NCBI GenBank assembly: GCA_048885525.1
Contig: JBHLLP010000001.1
Span: forward strand, 64,001 to 128,000
From: Candidatus Hermodarchaeota archaeon
Lineage (GTDB): Archaea; Asgardarchaeota; Lokiarchaeia; Sigyniarchaeales; SOKP01
Length of the DNA: 64,000 nucleotides
Direction of reading: 5' to 3'
Shown here piece by piece: positions 1 to 10,500 of the stretch (positions within the stretch are counted from its first letter, which is position 1; every line of letters begins with the position of its first letter). Both the position numbers and the translations under genes were made by a program. The notes under the pieces are model-generated. The model saw only the letters and a program-made list of their open reading frames with translations. It made no database searches and was not told the origin of the DNA.

Positions 1-165
1 TAATTTAAATAACCTAATTTATAATTGTAATATATTTGGTCTTAAAAATTAATTAAATCTATCGATTTTATGCTTCAATAAAATTATTAATTTTAAAATA
101 AACCTTATGAAAAAATTTACAAAATAACTGCTCTTATAATATGTTAGTCTTTAAATTCTAAGCAT

Positions 166-783
166 GTGGGACCAAGTTTGAAAAAAATTATCTTAGCTTC
201 TAAATCAATTGATCGGAGCGAATTATTTAGATTAGCAGAAATTCCATTTGAAAACTTTGTTACCAATGTTGATGAAGAAAAATATAAAAAATCTATTTCA
301 GATGTGAATGAACTGGTAAAAGAACTTGCTAAAGTTAAAGCCTTATTTGCTAAAAAAAAATTAAATATTAGAAATGAAGATGCTATAATCGTTGCTGCTG
401 ATACTATAATAGAACTTGATGGAAAAATTATCGGGAAAGCTAAAAATGAAAAAGAAGCATTCGATATCCTCAAAAAAATGATGGGTAGAACACATAGGCT
501 CATAACAGGAATTGCTATTACTGAAAGTAAAAACCCAAAAATAATTGTGGATTCAGATATTACATTAGTTGAATTTCTTCCACTTTCTGATAAAGAAATA
601 AGAGAATATATTAAAACTAACGAATGGAAGGGACGTGCTGGAGCTTATTCAATAAAAGATAAGGCAAGTTTGTTTATAAACAAAATAAATGGTTCTTCAT
701 CTAATGTAATTGGCTTACCTATGCATAAATTATATCTGATAATGAGAAAAGAATTTCAATATAATTTATTTCAAACGGGGTGA
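166..783 (+). CDS. maf: Maf-family nucleoside triphosphate pyrophosphatase
   Basis: IILASKS..R, VAADT, GKA, GRAGAYSI and NVIGLP motifs of Maf/YhdE; the start may be the TTG at 178. Confidence 0.92.
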   Translation: MGPSLKKIILASKSIDRSELFRLAEIPFENFVTNVDEEKYKKSISDVNELVKELAKVKALFAKKKLNIRNEDAIIVAADTIIELDGKIIGKAKNEKEAFDILKKMMGRTHRLITGIAITESKNPKIIVDSDITLVEFLPLSDKEIREYIKTNEWKGRAGAYSIKDKASLFINKINGSSSNVIGLPMHKLYLIMRKEFQYNLFQTG

Positions 784-794
784 TTTAAATTTTA

Positions 795-1367
795 ATGTCT
801 GAGAAAATTAATATTTGTGTAGGCTCTTTAAATCCTACAAAAATTGAAGCTGTAAAGTCAGCTTTTTGTAGATATTATAAGAATTTTGAAGTTCAAAATA
901 TTAAGGTACATTCAAAAGTATCAAATCAACCAATCGGATTTATAAATATTATCGATGGGGCAATTAATAGAGCTAAACAATCACTAAATTATATAATTGA
1001 AAGAAAAAAGATCTTCAATAATATTTTCGGTATTGGAATTGAAGCAGGGCTAGCCACAGTACCTTATACTAAATCAGGATTCATGGATTTTCAATTTTGT
1101 GCAATAATTGATGAACAGAAACACTTATCACTCGGTTCTGGTATTGCTTTTGAATATCCCAAGTTTATAGTAGAACAAGTTTTGCAAGATCCAGATAAAG
1201 AAATTGGTGAAATTGTAGGAAAACTTGCAAATAATGAAAATTTAAAAAATGAAAAAGGTGCAATAAGTTTTCTAAGTAAAAATTCAATTACAAGAACAGA
1301 AATCCTTACTCAAGCAGTAATTTGTGCGTTATTACCTTTCATTAATGAAGAATTATATAATGTTTAA
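795..1367 (+). CDS. yjjX: Inosine/xanthosine triphosphatase (YjjX/DUF84 family)
   Basis: VGSLNPTKIEAV, SNQP, GAINRA, GIEAG and GAISFLS motifs; 11 nt downstream of maf. Confidence 0.9.
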   Translation: MSEKINICVGSLNPTKIEAVKSAFCRYYKNFEVQNIKVHSKVSNQPIGFINIIDGAINRAKQSLNYIIERKKIFNNIFGIGIEAGLATVPYTKSGFMDFQFCAIIDEQKHLSLGSGIAFEYPKFIVEQVLQDPDKEIGEIVGKLANNENLKNEKGAISFLSKNSITRTEILTQAVICALLPFINEELYNV

Positions 1368-1395
1368 ATAACGAAAATGGAGAAATAGTTCTTGA

Positions 1396-1566
1396 TTATT
1401 TTCCCGAAAATTCTTTCCAAACTTTTAAATCTTCATAAAATTTCAGTATCTTTTCAAATTTGGAAATTTTATTCTCATAATAAGTACGATCAGCATACTT
1501 TCTTTTAGATAACTCTTTTGCGGCTAAAATTCCACTTTTATAACGATTTATTTTTTCATCAATCAC
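1396..1566 (-). CDS. Unannotated 56-aa basic helical microprotein
   Basis: Hand translation from GTG: MIDEKINRYKSGILAAKELSKRKYADRTYYENKISKFEKILKFYEDLKVWKEFSGK*; below the ORF-track cutoff; fills the gap downstream of the DUF1028 gene. Confidence 0.6.
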   Translation of the reverse strand: MIDEKINRYKSGILAAKELSKRKYADRTYYENKISKFEKILKFYEDLKVWKEFSGK

Positions 1567-1648
1567 ATTTTTTTTTCATTTTTATTATTACTTAAAACAA
1601 AAAAATATCGTGATAATATTGTATTAAAAAAATTGAAATCGAAGGATG

Positions 1649-2638
1649 TTAATTTAAAGTCATTATTTTTTCTAATTCATCTTCTTTGATGTTTAAAATT
1701 CCTACTTCTGTTAATCTTTCAGTAAGTAAACGCCAATTTTTATCTTTTTTAAAAATTTGGTTAAATAAAACTAAAGCATCATTCAATCTGTTATTATTAG
1801 CTAAAGATATTGCTGTCCAATACTTCATTTCAAGATTTTCTGGAAACATTTCCATAGCAGCATTATATTCTTTAAGAGCTTCACCCATATCTCTATGTTC
1901 AATCGCAAGATCCCCATTATTCATATGTTCATATGCACGCCATACTTTCAATAATCTGCTTATTTCCTTTAAGGGTTCTATATGATCCTCTACTCTGAGA
2001 TCAATCATGGGATCTTCCCATTTATTTTCTGGAGCCTCTCCACTAACTATTAATAAAGCAGCAGATTGCTTTCCTCGTATATCACCTCCAACTGATTCTG
2101 CTGCTTCTAAGCATTTAATTATTCGTTCTGGTAAAGGTAACCTATTATGCTTTTCATAAGCTTTCTTCATCGTAGGCCAGACTTTATCACAAAACATCAT
2201 ATTTGCTTGAACAGAAAAATTATCACCCACTGCATGCCCTGCATACTTTATGCATTTTGAACCTGTATGCGTGGCAACTCTTCCTTGAGTATCTAGAATG
2301 GCTACTTGCCTTAGATCTCTCCCGTCATCATCTGAAAGCAATATTTCAATAGCTTTTTGAGGAGATTTACCTTGTTTTAAAAGTTCAAGGCCTCTTAATC
2401 CAAAAGAGACATTAACAAGTGATTGTGTAGCAACTACACCAGTACCAGCTTCACCCCACGAGACAATAGTCCCCACTGAAAACCAGTGACTTTGTACTCC
2501 GACTCCCATTTCACCAGTTTTGGGATCTCTAGCGACAATAGAATATGTATGAGCAAAAATCTTACTATTAGATTGATCATTTTTGTGAATCATATTTATT
2601 AGACTAGCTTGAATATTAAATAAAGCTTTATTATTCAT
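1649..2638 (-). CDS. DUF1028 (Ntn-hydrolase-like) protein with C-terminal TPR-like helices
   Basis: TYSIVARDP..GEMGVGVQS, GVVATQS, GGDIRGKQSAALL and DLRVEDH motifs; true start probably downstream of the TTG. Confidence 0.85.
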   Translation of the reverse strand: MNNKALFNIQASLINMIHKNDQSNSKIFAHTYSIVARDPKTGEMGVGVQSHWFSVGTIVSWGEAGTGVVATQSLVNVSFGLRGLELLKQGKSPQKAIEILLSDDDGRDLRQVAILDTQGRVATHTGSKCIKYAGHAVGDNFSVQANMMFCDKVWPTMKKAYEKHNRLPLPERIIKCLEAAESVGGDIRGKQSAALLIVSGEAPENKWEDPMIDLRVEDHIEPLKEISRLLKVWRAYEHMNNGDLAIEHRDMGEALKEYNAAMEMFPENLEMKYWTAISLANNNRLNDALVLFNQIFKKDKNWRLLTERLTEVGILNIKEDELEKIMTLN

Positions 2639-2734
2639 ATTCTAAATCTTTTAATATTATGGAATAAAAAAAATTAAATTCTTTTATTATTTGGAATCTT
2701 TAATACAATTATTCAAAAAAAAAGATGATCTTAA

Positions 2735-3070
2735 ATGACAAAGAAGTATAAAAATGAAGGGCTAATGAAAGTTTTAGTAATTCTCGGTGCGTTAGTAGGA
2801 TTAGTAACATTGATTTTAAGATTAGCAGGATTGGAAAGTTATGGATTAGTTGCTCCCTTAGTAGCTCTCGACATTATTATTGTTTTCATCATTGGTTTAG
2901 GTATTGTCATTATCACATTCTGGGTAGGATTTAAACCAAATGACCCAATTCCATTTCATTGGTTAATGTTAATAATACTTGCTATTCTTTTAGTAGTATT
3001 TGGTGCTGGAATATGGAGTTGTGTATTGGTAATAATTGCAGCACTTATAGGTATAATAGAAGAGCTATAA
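2735..3070 (+). CDS. Small integral membrane protein, unknown function
   Basis: Three to four hydrophobic segments; ATG start. Confidence 0.75.
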   Translation: MTKKYKNEGLMKVLVILGALVGLVTLILRLAGLESYGLVAPLVALDIIIVFIIGLGIVIITFWVGFKPNDPIPFHWLMLIILAILLVVFGAGIWSCVLVIIAALIGIIEEL

Positions 3071-3125
3071 AATTATAAACTAAATTAATTTTTTATTTTT
3101 TTTTCTTGTTTTTGAAAAGAGTTTT

Positions 3126-4004
3126 TTAAGAACTTGCATTTTCTAGAAAATATTTAATAATTTTTTCAGCAATATTTATATCTGTAACTTTTTGTAATGC
3201 TGTAAATCCCGGAATGGAATTGACCTCCAAAACAGTAAGCCCTTTTTCGCATTCTATTATATCAACTCCTGCAATTTCAGTTTTAGTTATATTTGCTGCC
3301 TTAATCGCAAGATTTTTCATATCACCAGTTAATTCTATAGGTTCAGCTCTCGCACCAGAATAGATATTTGTTTTCCAGCTATCGCCTACTCTATACATCC
3401 CGGTGACAACCTCATTTCCCAATACTAAAATTCTAATATCTCGATTCCCATGTTCAACAAATTCTTGTAAATAAAAAACTTGATTCAACTGACCCAGAGA
3501 ATAAATAATATTTTCAGCAAAAGCCCTATCATTCAATCTTGTTATTCCTATACCTTTAGAACCATACAGGGGCTTCAAGACACAATCTCCTCCTAATTCA
3601 TCAAAAGCTTCTAAAGCTTTATGAGGATCTTCACAAATTACGGTCTTTGGAGTTGGAATATTATGATTTTCTAAAAAAACGGAAGTTAAAAATTTATCAC
3701 TTGCTATTTCTAAAGATTCTCTTGAATTAATCAATCTGACATCATATTCTTCTATAGCTCTTAGAATATCAAGCCTAAAAAAAATCTTTTGAGTAGCTGC
3801 GGCTCCAAAACCTCTTACAAGAGCAGCCTTAGGTTCGAGAGATTCAAATTGTTTGTAAAAATCCCGTTGAAAGCCTATTCCTACTTTAATCATTGAAGGG
3901 ATAAAATAATGAGTATCATAACCACATTTTTTCAATTCATTAGTTAATATTTGAACTTCGGGGTCTTTAGAATTAGGAGTTATAATCATTGATTTCATTT
4001 TCAT
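3126..4004 (-). CDS. RimK-family ATP-grasp glutamate ligase (MptN/CofF-like)
   Basis: DKFLT, IPTPKT, VLKPLYGSKG, LQEFV, WKTN and LEVNSIPG motifs. Confidence 0.88.
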   Translation of the reverse strand: MKMKSMIITPNSKDPEVQILTNELKKCGYDTHYFIPSMIKVGIGFQRDFYKQFESLEPKAALVRGFGAAATQKIFFRLDILRAIEEYDVRLINSRESLEIASDKFLTSVFLENHNIPTPKTVICEDPHKALEAFDELGGDCVLKPLYGSKGIGITRLNDRAFAENIIYSLGQLNQVFYLQEFVEHGNRDIRILVLGNEVVTGMYRVGDSWKTNIYSGARAEPIELTGDMKNLAIKAANITKTEIAGVDIIECEKGLTVLEVNSIPGFTALQKVTDINIAEKIIKYFLENASS

Positions 4005-4079
4005 TTCACGAAAAAATAAATTACTTAATTAATCTATAGCACTAATTTTTAAATAAATTTAAGTTCATATAAAATATAT

Positions 4080-4700
4080 ATGAATTCAATGGATCCTAAA
4101 GACACTGAAAATGAAATTGAAAATCTCTCACATATATTAAGTAAGATTCAAACTCTATATTATAAAAAAAAAGAGCAACTCGAAGAATTACAATTAGAAA
4201 TAAGTGAATTGAGAGAAGTTTTAAATTTCTTAAATTCATTGATATCTGGTAAATCATTTTACAGCGCAGACGAGTTTTACTCAAAATCACTTATCAAAAA
4301 AGGCGATGAATCAATTGAAGAACGATATTTTGTAGAGGAAGTTTCAAAAGAAAAGGTTGAAGGAACAAATATCAAAAGAAAGATATTTTCCAAAGGAAAG
4401 AATAAAGAGGATGAGTTGCTATGCATCTTAAATTTCTATGACTTTAATAGGGTTGAGATAAAAATTATCGATCCAGAAAAGCGTTTAATAAAGGAATCTT
4501 CTGAAGATTTTATCCGAATATTTATTAGAGGAGCTCTTATAAAAATCAAAGAAGAGAATCCAAATATGAGTTTAAAGTATGACTATTTTAAGAGTTCAGA
4601 GCTAATAGAATATATTATTATTACTAAATTAAAATCAATAAAGGAATATGATATAATAACTTCAAAAATGAGAGAGCTTTTAGCTAAAGAAGTCAAATAG
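4080..4700 (+). CDS. Hypothetical protein with N-terminal coiled coil
   Basis: 206-aa ORF with a heptad-rich N-terminus. Confidence 0.7.
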   Translation: MNSMDPKDTENEIENLSHILSKIQTLYYKKKEQLEELQLEISELREVLNFLNSLISGKSFYSADEFYSKSLIKKGDESIEERYFVEEVSKEKVEGTNIKRKIFSKGKNKEDELLCILNFYDFNRVEIKIIDPEKRLIKESSEDFIRIFIRGALIKIKEENPNMSLKYDYFKSSELIEYIIITKLKSIKEYDIITSKMRELLAKEVK

Positions 4701-4884
4701 GATAACGAATTGTTATTTTAGCAATTATAACGTTAAATTACTGAGAAGAACTTATTTAAGATAAATGATTTCATTTGCAAAATATTATATTGAGATAATA
4801 TATTGTTTAATTAAAATGGGAAAAATTAATTATACAGCAATTCTTATTTATTTTAACTTAATTACCACATAGTGTCTAATAATA

Positions 4885-5697
4885 ATGGCAAAGAAAAAAT
4901 CTTGGTTACAAATGCCAAAAGTCCACTCGAAATTTCATGATGAAAAACTTGAAAGTGTTTTAATTGAAAAGTCTTTAGATTTTTTAACTGGTGAAAAAAG
5001 TGAAGCGCCCTCTTTTTTATTTCTTTCAGGAGCTTTTTTTGATGTAAAATCATTCGCTTATTCCGGATTAAGAGCTTGGAAAGGTGCTGTAAAACCATCT
5101 GAAGATAATGGTGGGAGAAGACCTGTGTTGGAAGCTACTTTTGCATCATTATCTGTATATTTAAGTTCATTATTAGCGCTCCAAGCAGATTTTTATTTTG
5201 CATATGATGAAATTAAAGAGATCTTGTTAGAAAAAAAAAGAGAAGATCTCTGGACAATTGTCTCAGAGAAGTTGCCATTTATCTCTATCCCTCCAAAAGA
5301 AATGTATGGAACACAAGTATCTCCAATTTCTCCTTATTTTATAATTAAACAAGATGAAGAACTTACATTGGGAGAAATTTATCCTTCAGCATATTTATCT
5401 CAAATTATAAGGAATATTAAAACAAGGTTTTTTGTTTTTTTCCAATACCAAGGATATTCTGCTTTTGGGTTTTTCAACACACTACCTGATCTTTCTAAAT
5501 TTGGATTTGAGGAACACGCTAAAGATTTTGATGGGGATCCTACAGCAGAGAATCTAATCAAATATTCAAAAAATGCAAAAAATGTTAAAGAAATATTAAT
5601 AGCACTTATTCACGCTCACAATAACGCTTTACTTGAACAATTTTTGATACCTGATTATGAATTATTATTAAATAAACTACTGGAGGGAGAAGCTTAG
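4885..5697 (+). CDS. Hypothetical protein abutting the GTPase gene
   Basis: 270-aa ORF; its TAG is followed directly by the GTPase TTG start, with SD-like GGAGG inside its 3' end. Confidence 0.75.
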   Translation: MAKKKSWLQMPKVHSKFHDEKLESVLIEKSLDFLTGEKSEAPSFLFLSGAFFDVKSFAYSGLRAWKGAVKPSEDNGGRRPVLEATFASLSVYLSSLLALQADFYFAYDEIKEILLEKKREDLWTIVSEKLPFISIPPKEMYGTQVSPISPYFIIKQDEELTLGEIYPSAYLSQIIRNIKTRFFVFFQYQGYSAFGFFNTLPDLSKFGFEEHAKDFDGDPTAENLIKYSKNAKNVKEILIALIHAHNNALLEQFLIPDYELLLNKLLEGEA

Positions 5698-6333
5698 TTG
5701 GTTAATATCGGTTTATTAGGAGATGTGTCTGTAGGAAAAACAAGTATTCTTCGTTTATTTGTTCGATATTTAAAGAAAGGAGATATAGAAAAGGTCAAAG
5801 GTGGAATAAAATGTTCTGTAGTTAAAGCTGATTTTTCTGGAGAAGCTACAGTTCCTGGAGGAGAGAAAGAAGATGCCTTAAATGAAAAGGAAACTAAAAC
5901 TATTCACCCTAATAGAATCGTATTTAGAGAAGATGAATCAAATAAAGCTCATACAATCTTTGCCCCTGGTGGAGATCGAGCTAGAGCCGTAGTTAAAATG
6001 GGTATCATAACAATTTCTAGAATTGCAACCCAAATTATAGCAGTCTTTTCTCTTGATCGAGATCTACCAAATCAATTTGAATTTTTCAATGATGTTAGAT
6101 TTTTTCCCGATAAAATTTATGTTTGCATAAATAAAATCGATTTAGTTGAAGGAGATAAAGAGAAAAAACTAAATGAGGTAAAAAAGCAGATAAAAGATTT
6201 TTTCGAAGCCCGAAAAATAGCCATTAATGAAACTTTTATAACATGTGGCGAAACCATTGAAGGATTTGAAGATGTTGAAACATACAATAATCAAGTCGCA
6301 GAAATGATTTTAGAAATTACTACAAAACATTAA
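5698..6333 (+). CDS. Divergent small (Ras-superfamily-like) GTPase
   Basis: G1 GDVSVGKT, G4 NKID; G3 degenerate (FAPGG in place of DxxG). Confidence 0.75.
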   Translation: MVNIGLLGDVSVGKTSILRLFVRYLKKGDIEKVKGGIKCSVVKADFSGEATVPGGEKEDALNEKETKTIHPNRIVFREDESNKAHTIFAPGGDRARAVVKMGIITISRIATQIIAVFSLDRDLPNQFEFFNDVRFFPDKIYVCINKIDLVEGDKEKKLNEVKKQIKDFFEARKIAINETFITCGETIEGFEDVETYNNQVAEMILEITTKH

Positions 6334-6346
6334 TCATTTTACTTCT

Positions 6347-6862
6347 TTAATCTCTCAATTTAAAAGCAATTTTTAAAAATAATTTCTCTAAATTGAGTAA
6401 ATACCCTATTAATGGAGTTAGACTAACTATATTCAAGTTTTTTTCAAAAATTACAAATCCCATTTTTTCTAATTCTTTAACATCTTCCAGAACTCCTTTT
6501 TTCTTACGAATTTCTTTTATTTTTTGAAAATTAGTTACACCTTGGCTACTAAAAGAACTTATCAATATAGAAAATAATGTAGCTGCTAATCTAGGTTTTC
6601 CATCAAATGGATTAGCTGAGATAAGTTCAGTAGTTTCTGACTCAAATGATATATACCAGTAAGAATTCAGAGGATTAAATCTAACTTGAAGACCTAAAGG
6701 TTCAAGATAATTAGATAAGTTTTTAATTAAGTTTTGGAAATAAATGTTTTTATTTTTATCTTTAACATTTAAAGCATTAAGAATTTCATTTCTTGTTGCC
6801 CCTATTTGTGAGATATTGTCTTTCTTACTTAAATAATGCATTAATATACTCAATTCATTCAC
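6347..6862 (-). CDS. KITE-family (ScpB/Nse1/MksE-like) tandem winged-helix SMC subunit
   Basis: Two wHTH-like halves; LSNYLEPLGLQVRF resembles the first wHTH of Nse1/MksE; overlaps the kleisin gene by 8 nt. Confidence 0.65.
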   Translation of the reverse strand: MNELSILMHYLSKKDNISQIGATRNEILNALNVKDKNKNIYFQNLIKNLSNYLEPLGLQVRFNPLNSYWYISFESETTELISANPFDGKPRLAATLFSILISSFSSQGVTNFQKIKEIRKKKGVLEDVKELEKMGFVIFEKNLNIVSLTPLIGYLLNLEKLFLKIAFKLRD

Positions 6863-7526
6863 TTTTTATTCTATCCTCCTGTAAATATAAAAAATTCGTT
6901 TCTTTTTGATAATTTAATCTACCTAACTGGAGTAAGTGTAAGAGATATACAAAATATTCAAAAATTTTAATTTGATCTTCCTCACCATCAAAAATTTCAT
7001 CATAGGAACATGGTAATTTGTGTTTGATAGACTCAAAAAATGCGTCCATTTTCTCAGTGAACTTTTTGTCAAATATTTCCAATAAGAAGTTGGTTTTTAT
7101 ATCAATTTTATCAATAGGTTCAATTGAAAAGAGGTCTTGTTTATCAGCAATTAGTCGCTCTATAGAATATTCAAGAAATTCCAATGAGAGTGTTTTGATG
7201 GTGAAAGGTTTCATCCAACAATCTTCTAGCAATTCACTTATTTCGAAATCTTTAGGGTTTGTCTTTATGAAGTTTATAAATTTATCTTTGTTATCTAAAT
7301 AGCTTAAGTATATTTTTAATTCTTCAAATTTTTGACTAAGTAGTTTAAATGCACTTGTATACGTGATTGAATATTTATCAATGTTATAGATATTAAGAGA
7401 ATCTTTTAAATTCTCAAAAATTGGGAATAATTCAACATCCAAAAGTGATAATTCTCCCGAAAGAACTTTTTTTTTAATATCTTCGATTTTTTTGTTTATT
7501 TCTTTAGATAAATCTTGATGATCCAT
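6855..7526 (-). CDS. Kleisin (ScpA/Nse4-like)
   Basis: N-terminal LSLLDVELFPIF resembles the ScpA N-helix; C-terminal wHTH FVYLLHLLQLGRL..Q is the ScpA signature; 9 nt after the SMC stop. Confidence 0.75.
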   Translation of the reverse strand: MDHQDLSKEINKKIEDIKKKVLSGELSLLDVELFPIFENLKDSLNIYNIDKYSITYTSAFKLLSQKFEELKIYLSYLDNKDKFINFIKTNPKDFEISELLEDCWMKPFTIKTLSLEFLEYSIERLIADKQDLFSIEPIDKIDIKTNFLLEIFDKKFTEKMDAFFESIKHKLPCSYDEIFDGEEDQIKIFEYFVYLLHLLQLGRLNYQKETNFLYLQEDRIKSE

Positions 7527-7535
7527 TTTTAACCA

Positions 7536-10500
7536 TTACTTATTTTTTTTAACGATTTTTGGTTTAAATACCGAAGATATTTCTTTTTTACCTACTCTAG
7601 CAATCCCTATTAGCTTTTCGGCAAGTAAGAATAATGCATTTGAAGATTTTGGTAAAAACATAAACAATTGTATTGGGTTTTGTTCTAAAGTTGCTTTTAT
7701 TAGTTGATATGCTACTTCGGAGTTTTTTTCATCTAAAAACATGCCAGGTTCATCAAGTAAACACAAAGGAGAAGGTTTTATTTCTTGAAGAGATAAAATT
7801 AAACAAATCGATATTAAGGAAACTTGGCCACCACTAAGGGCAGTAAATGATTTAAGTTGTTCCTTTGAAGTAGCTGCTTTAATATTAACGCCTAAATCTT
7901 CAAAATTTCCTGTTAACTCCAAAGAACAATAAGATTTTATTTGAGAATCGAGAAATTTTTGATTAACTCTCTTTTGTAAATTTTCAAGTAAACCACTGAA
8001 TTTTTCATAGTATGTTTTCTCTATCTTTTTTTCTGCTTTAATTGCTGCTTTTACATCCTCTTCTAGATCTTCTTGATTTTTTGAGATTTCCTTAAGCGAT
8101 GATAATATCTGTTCTTTTTCAATCAAAATTGAATCGTCAATATCTAAATATTTAAGTAATCCCTTATCGATTCCAGTGATTTCTTTTTCAATATCTTCTA
8201 TAGGACGAATTTTGATTAAATTTTTTAAAATTAAGGGACCTATTTCAGAATTAATTCGCAATAAATCGATTTTTTTTGAATTTAAATCTTGGATATACGA
8301 ATTCAATTTGATATTTTCTTGTTCAAAAGTTAATGTTATTTGAATAGATTTCCTTTCGATTTCACTTTTTTTAGTTTGAATTTGTGAAATTTCAACTTTT
8401 AGATTCGAAATCTTTTTTTCTATTGTTTCAAGTTCTTCTTCAATATTTTCTAATTGACGATATGTATTAAATGCTGTAGTATCTGCTTTTTGAAATGCTT
8501 CTTTCTTTGTCTCATAATCCTTTTGGATTAAATTCTTTTCCCTTTTTTGTTTAGCTAATCTATCTTTCACTTCTTTTAAGATGTTTGAATTTTCATTAGA
8601 TTTCAAATCCCATTTTTTTTTATCCTCGTTAAGTAGTGCTAATTTTTTAGGAATCTCTTTTATCCTATCATTCCATTGAAAAAAATCTGGATCAGATTGA
8701 GATTTTAAATCTTTAATCTGATTTTCATATTTTTTATTTTCATCTTTAAGAAAATGATTAGATTTTTCTAAATTATGCATTTGATCATATAATTGGTTTT
8801 TCTTTGAAGTTATTCTTTGTTTTTGGTTAAAATTGTATAAAAGATCATTAAAAGATTCCTTTTTTTTAAATATTTCTTGTTGTTCAGTATTTGTTTTAGA
8901 TTGTTCAACTTTTAATTCCGAAATTTTATCATTTAAATGCTTAACTTCAGTTTCTAGAATTTCGGATTGTTCTCCTTGTGTACCAGCACTTAATAATCCT
9001 TTCAATCTCTTTAAGTAAGGGGTTTCGTAAACATATTTATAAGATATTATTTGTTCACCTTTTAATGTAACACACTTTCCTTTGAAATTAAGAGTTTTAT
9101 AAATTTCTCTTCCTGAATGATAATCTTTTACAACAAGGCAATTTTTTATCGTCGAATAAATGACTTTTTTAATATCAATATCATTATCGATAATTTTAAT
9201 TAATTCTGCTAAATACCCTAAAACTCCATTGGCTGTTATAGTTATCATAGGTGTTATATCTACATTTTTGGGTAGATAGATATTGCAATATGCGTTGAAT
9301 TTTTCTTTTAGTCTCTTTAACAAATTAAGAGTATCCCAGTCTTCAGCAACAAAACTGTAGAGCAATTTTTCACCAAGAACAGATTCAATTGCATAACTCA
9401 ACTCATCTTCATATTTTAAATAGTCTATAATCGGACCTTTAACTTTTAAACCTCTTTTTTTTATCTCATCTTTTAAAACTGATATATTTGATGGAAGAAT
9501 TACTCTCCGTTCTCTAAGTGATGCTTGTAAAATTTTTAACTTTTTCAATTTTTTAGATTTTTCTATCATTAGTTGATTTATTTCAGAAGAAAGTTGATAG
9601 ATTCTTATTGAAATCCTTTTCAGTTCCTTATCAAGCTGATTTAATAGATCTTTTGAAGGATTTTCTAGGAACCATTTGTTTTTTTCTAATTTATGCTCAA
9701 TATCCTTAAAACTTTGAAAAAGTTGATTAATTTCATTATTAATAGATAGTATAGTTTTCTTATTCTCTTGAATTCTTAATATATTTTCATTTTTTTCTGA
9801 ATTTAGTTGATTATATTTATCTAAAAGCTCTTTATTCTGAGTTATTTTTTTTAATAACTGGTTTTGTTCTATTATTAGTTTATCAATCTGTAAACTAGTA
9901 TTATTACTCTCAACTTGTAATCTTTTATTTTCATTGCCTAAGCTTTCTTTTTGTTTCTTAAAATTATTGATAATCTTCTTAAACTCATTAATCTTTTCTG
10001 ATAACTCATCTAACTCTTGTTTAACTAAAATTTTATCTTTCTGCCAATTTTGAATTTTTGTAATTAATTCTTGTTTTATATAATTTAGTTCTCCAACTTT
10101 CTCAGATAGGTGATTCATGTTTTTATGATGTTTTGAAATTTTATTAGATAAAAGTTCTATTTCTCTATCTGAAAATTCTTTTTTTCTTTTAATACCCTCT
10201 ATGACTAATTCAACATTTTTTATTATATCTTCAATTTGGATAATTTCTTTTTCTAATTTGTCCTTGCTTGCCCACAATAGTTCATCGTTGAGTTTTTCCT
10301 TTATTTTCAATAATTCATTTTTTTGTTTTAAACGTTCTAATTTAGGATTTAATAATTCTAAACTAATATTTAATGTATTCCTTCTGCTTTTTAGAGATTG
10401 AAGGTCTTTATTTAAATTTAAAATATCATTCTTTTGATGTAATATTTCTTCTCTCAAATCCTTTAATCCAATTCCCTCCTCTAGAAAAGAACATAATTCT

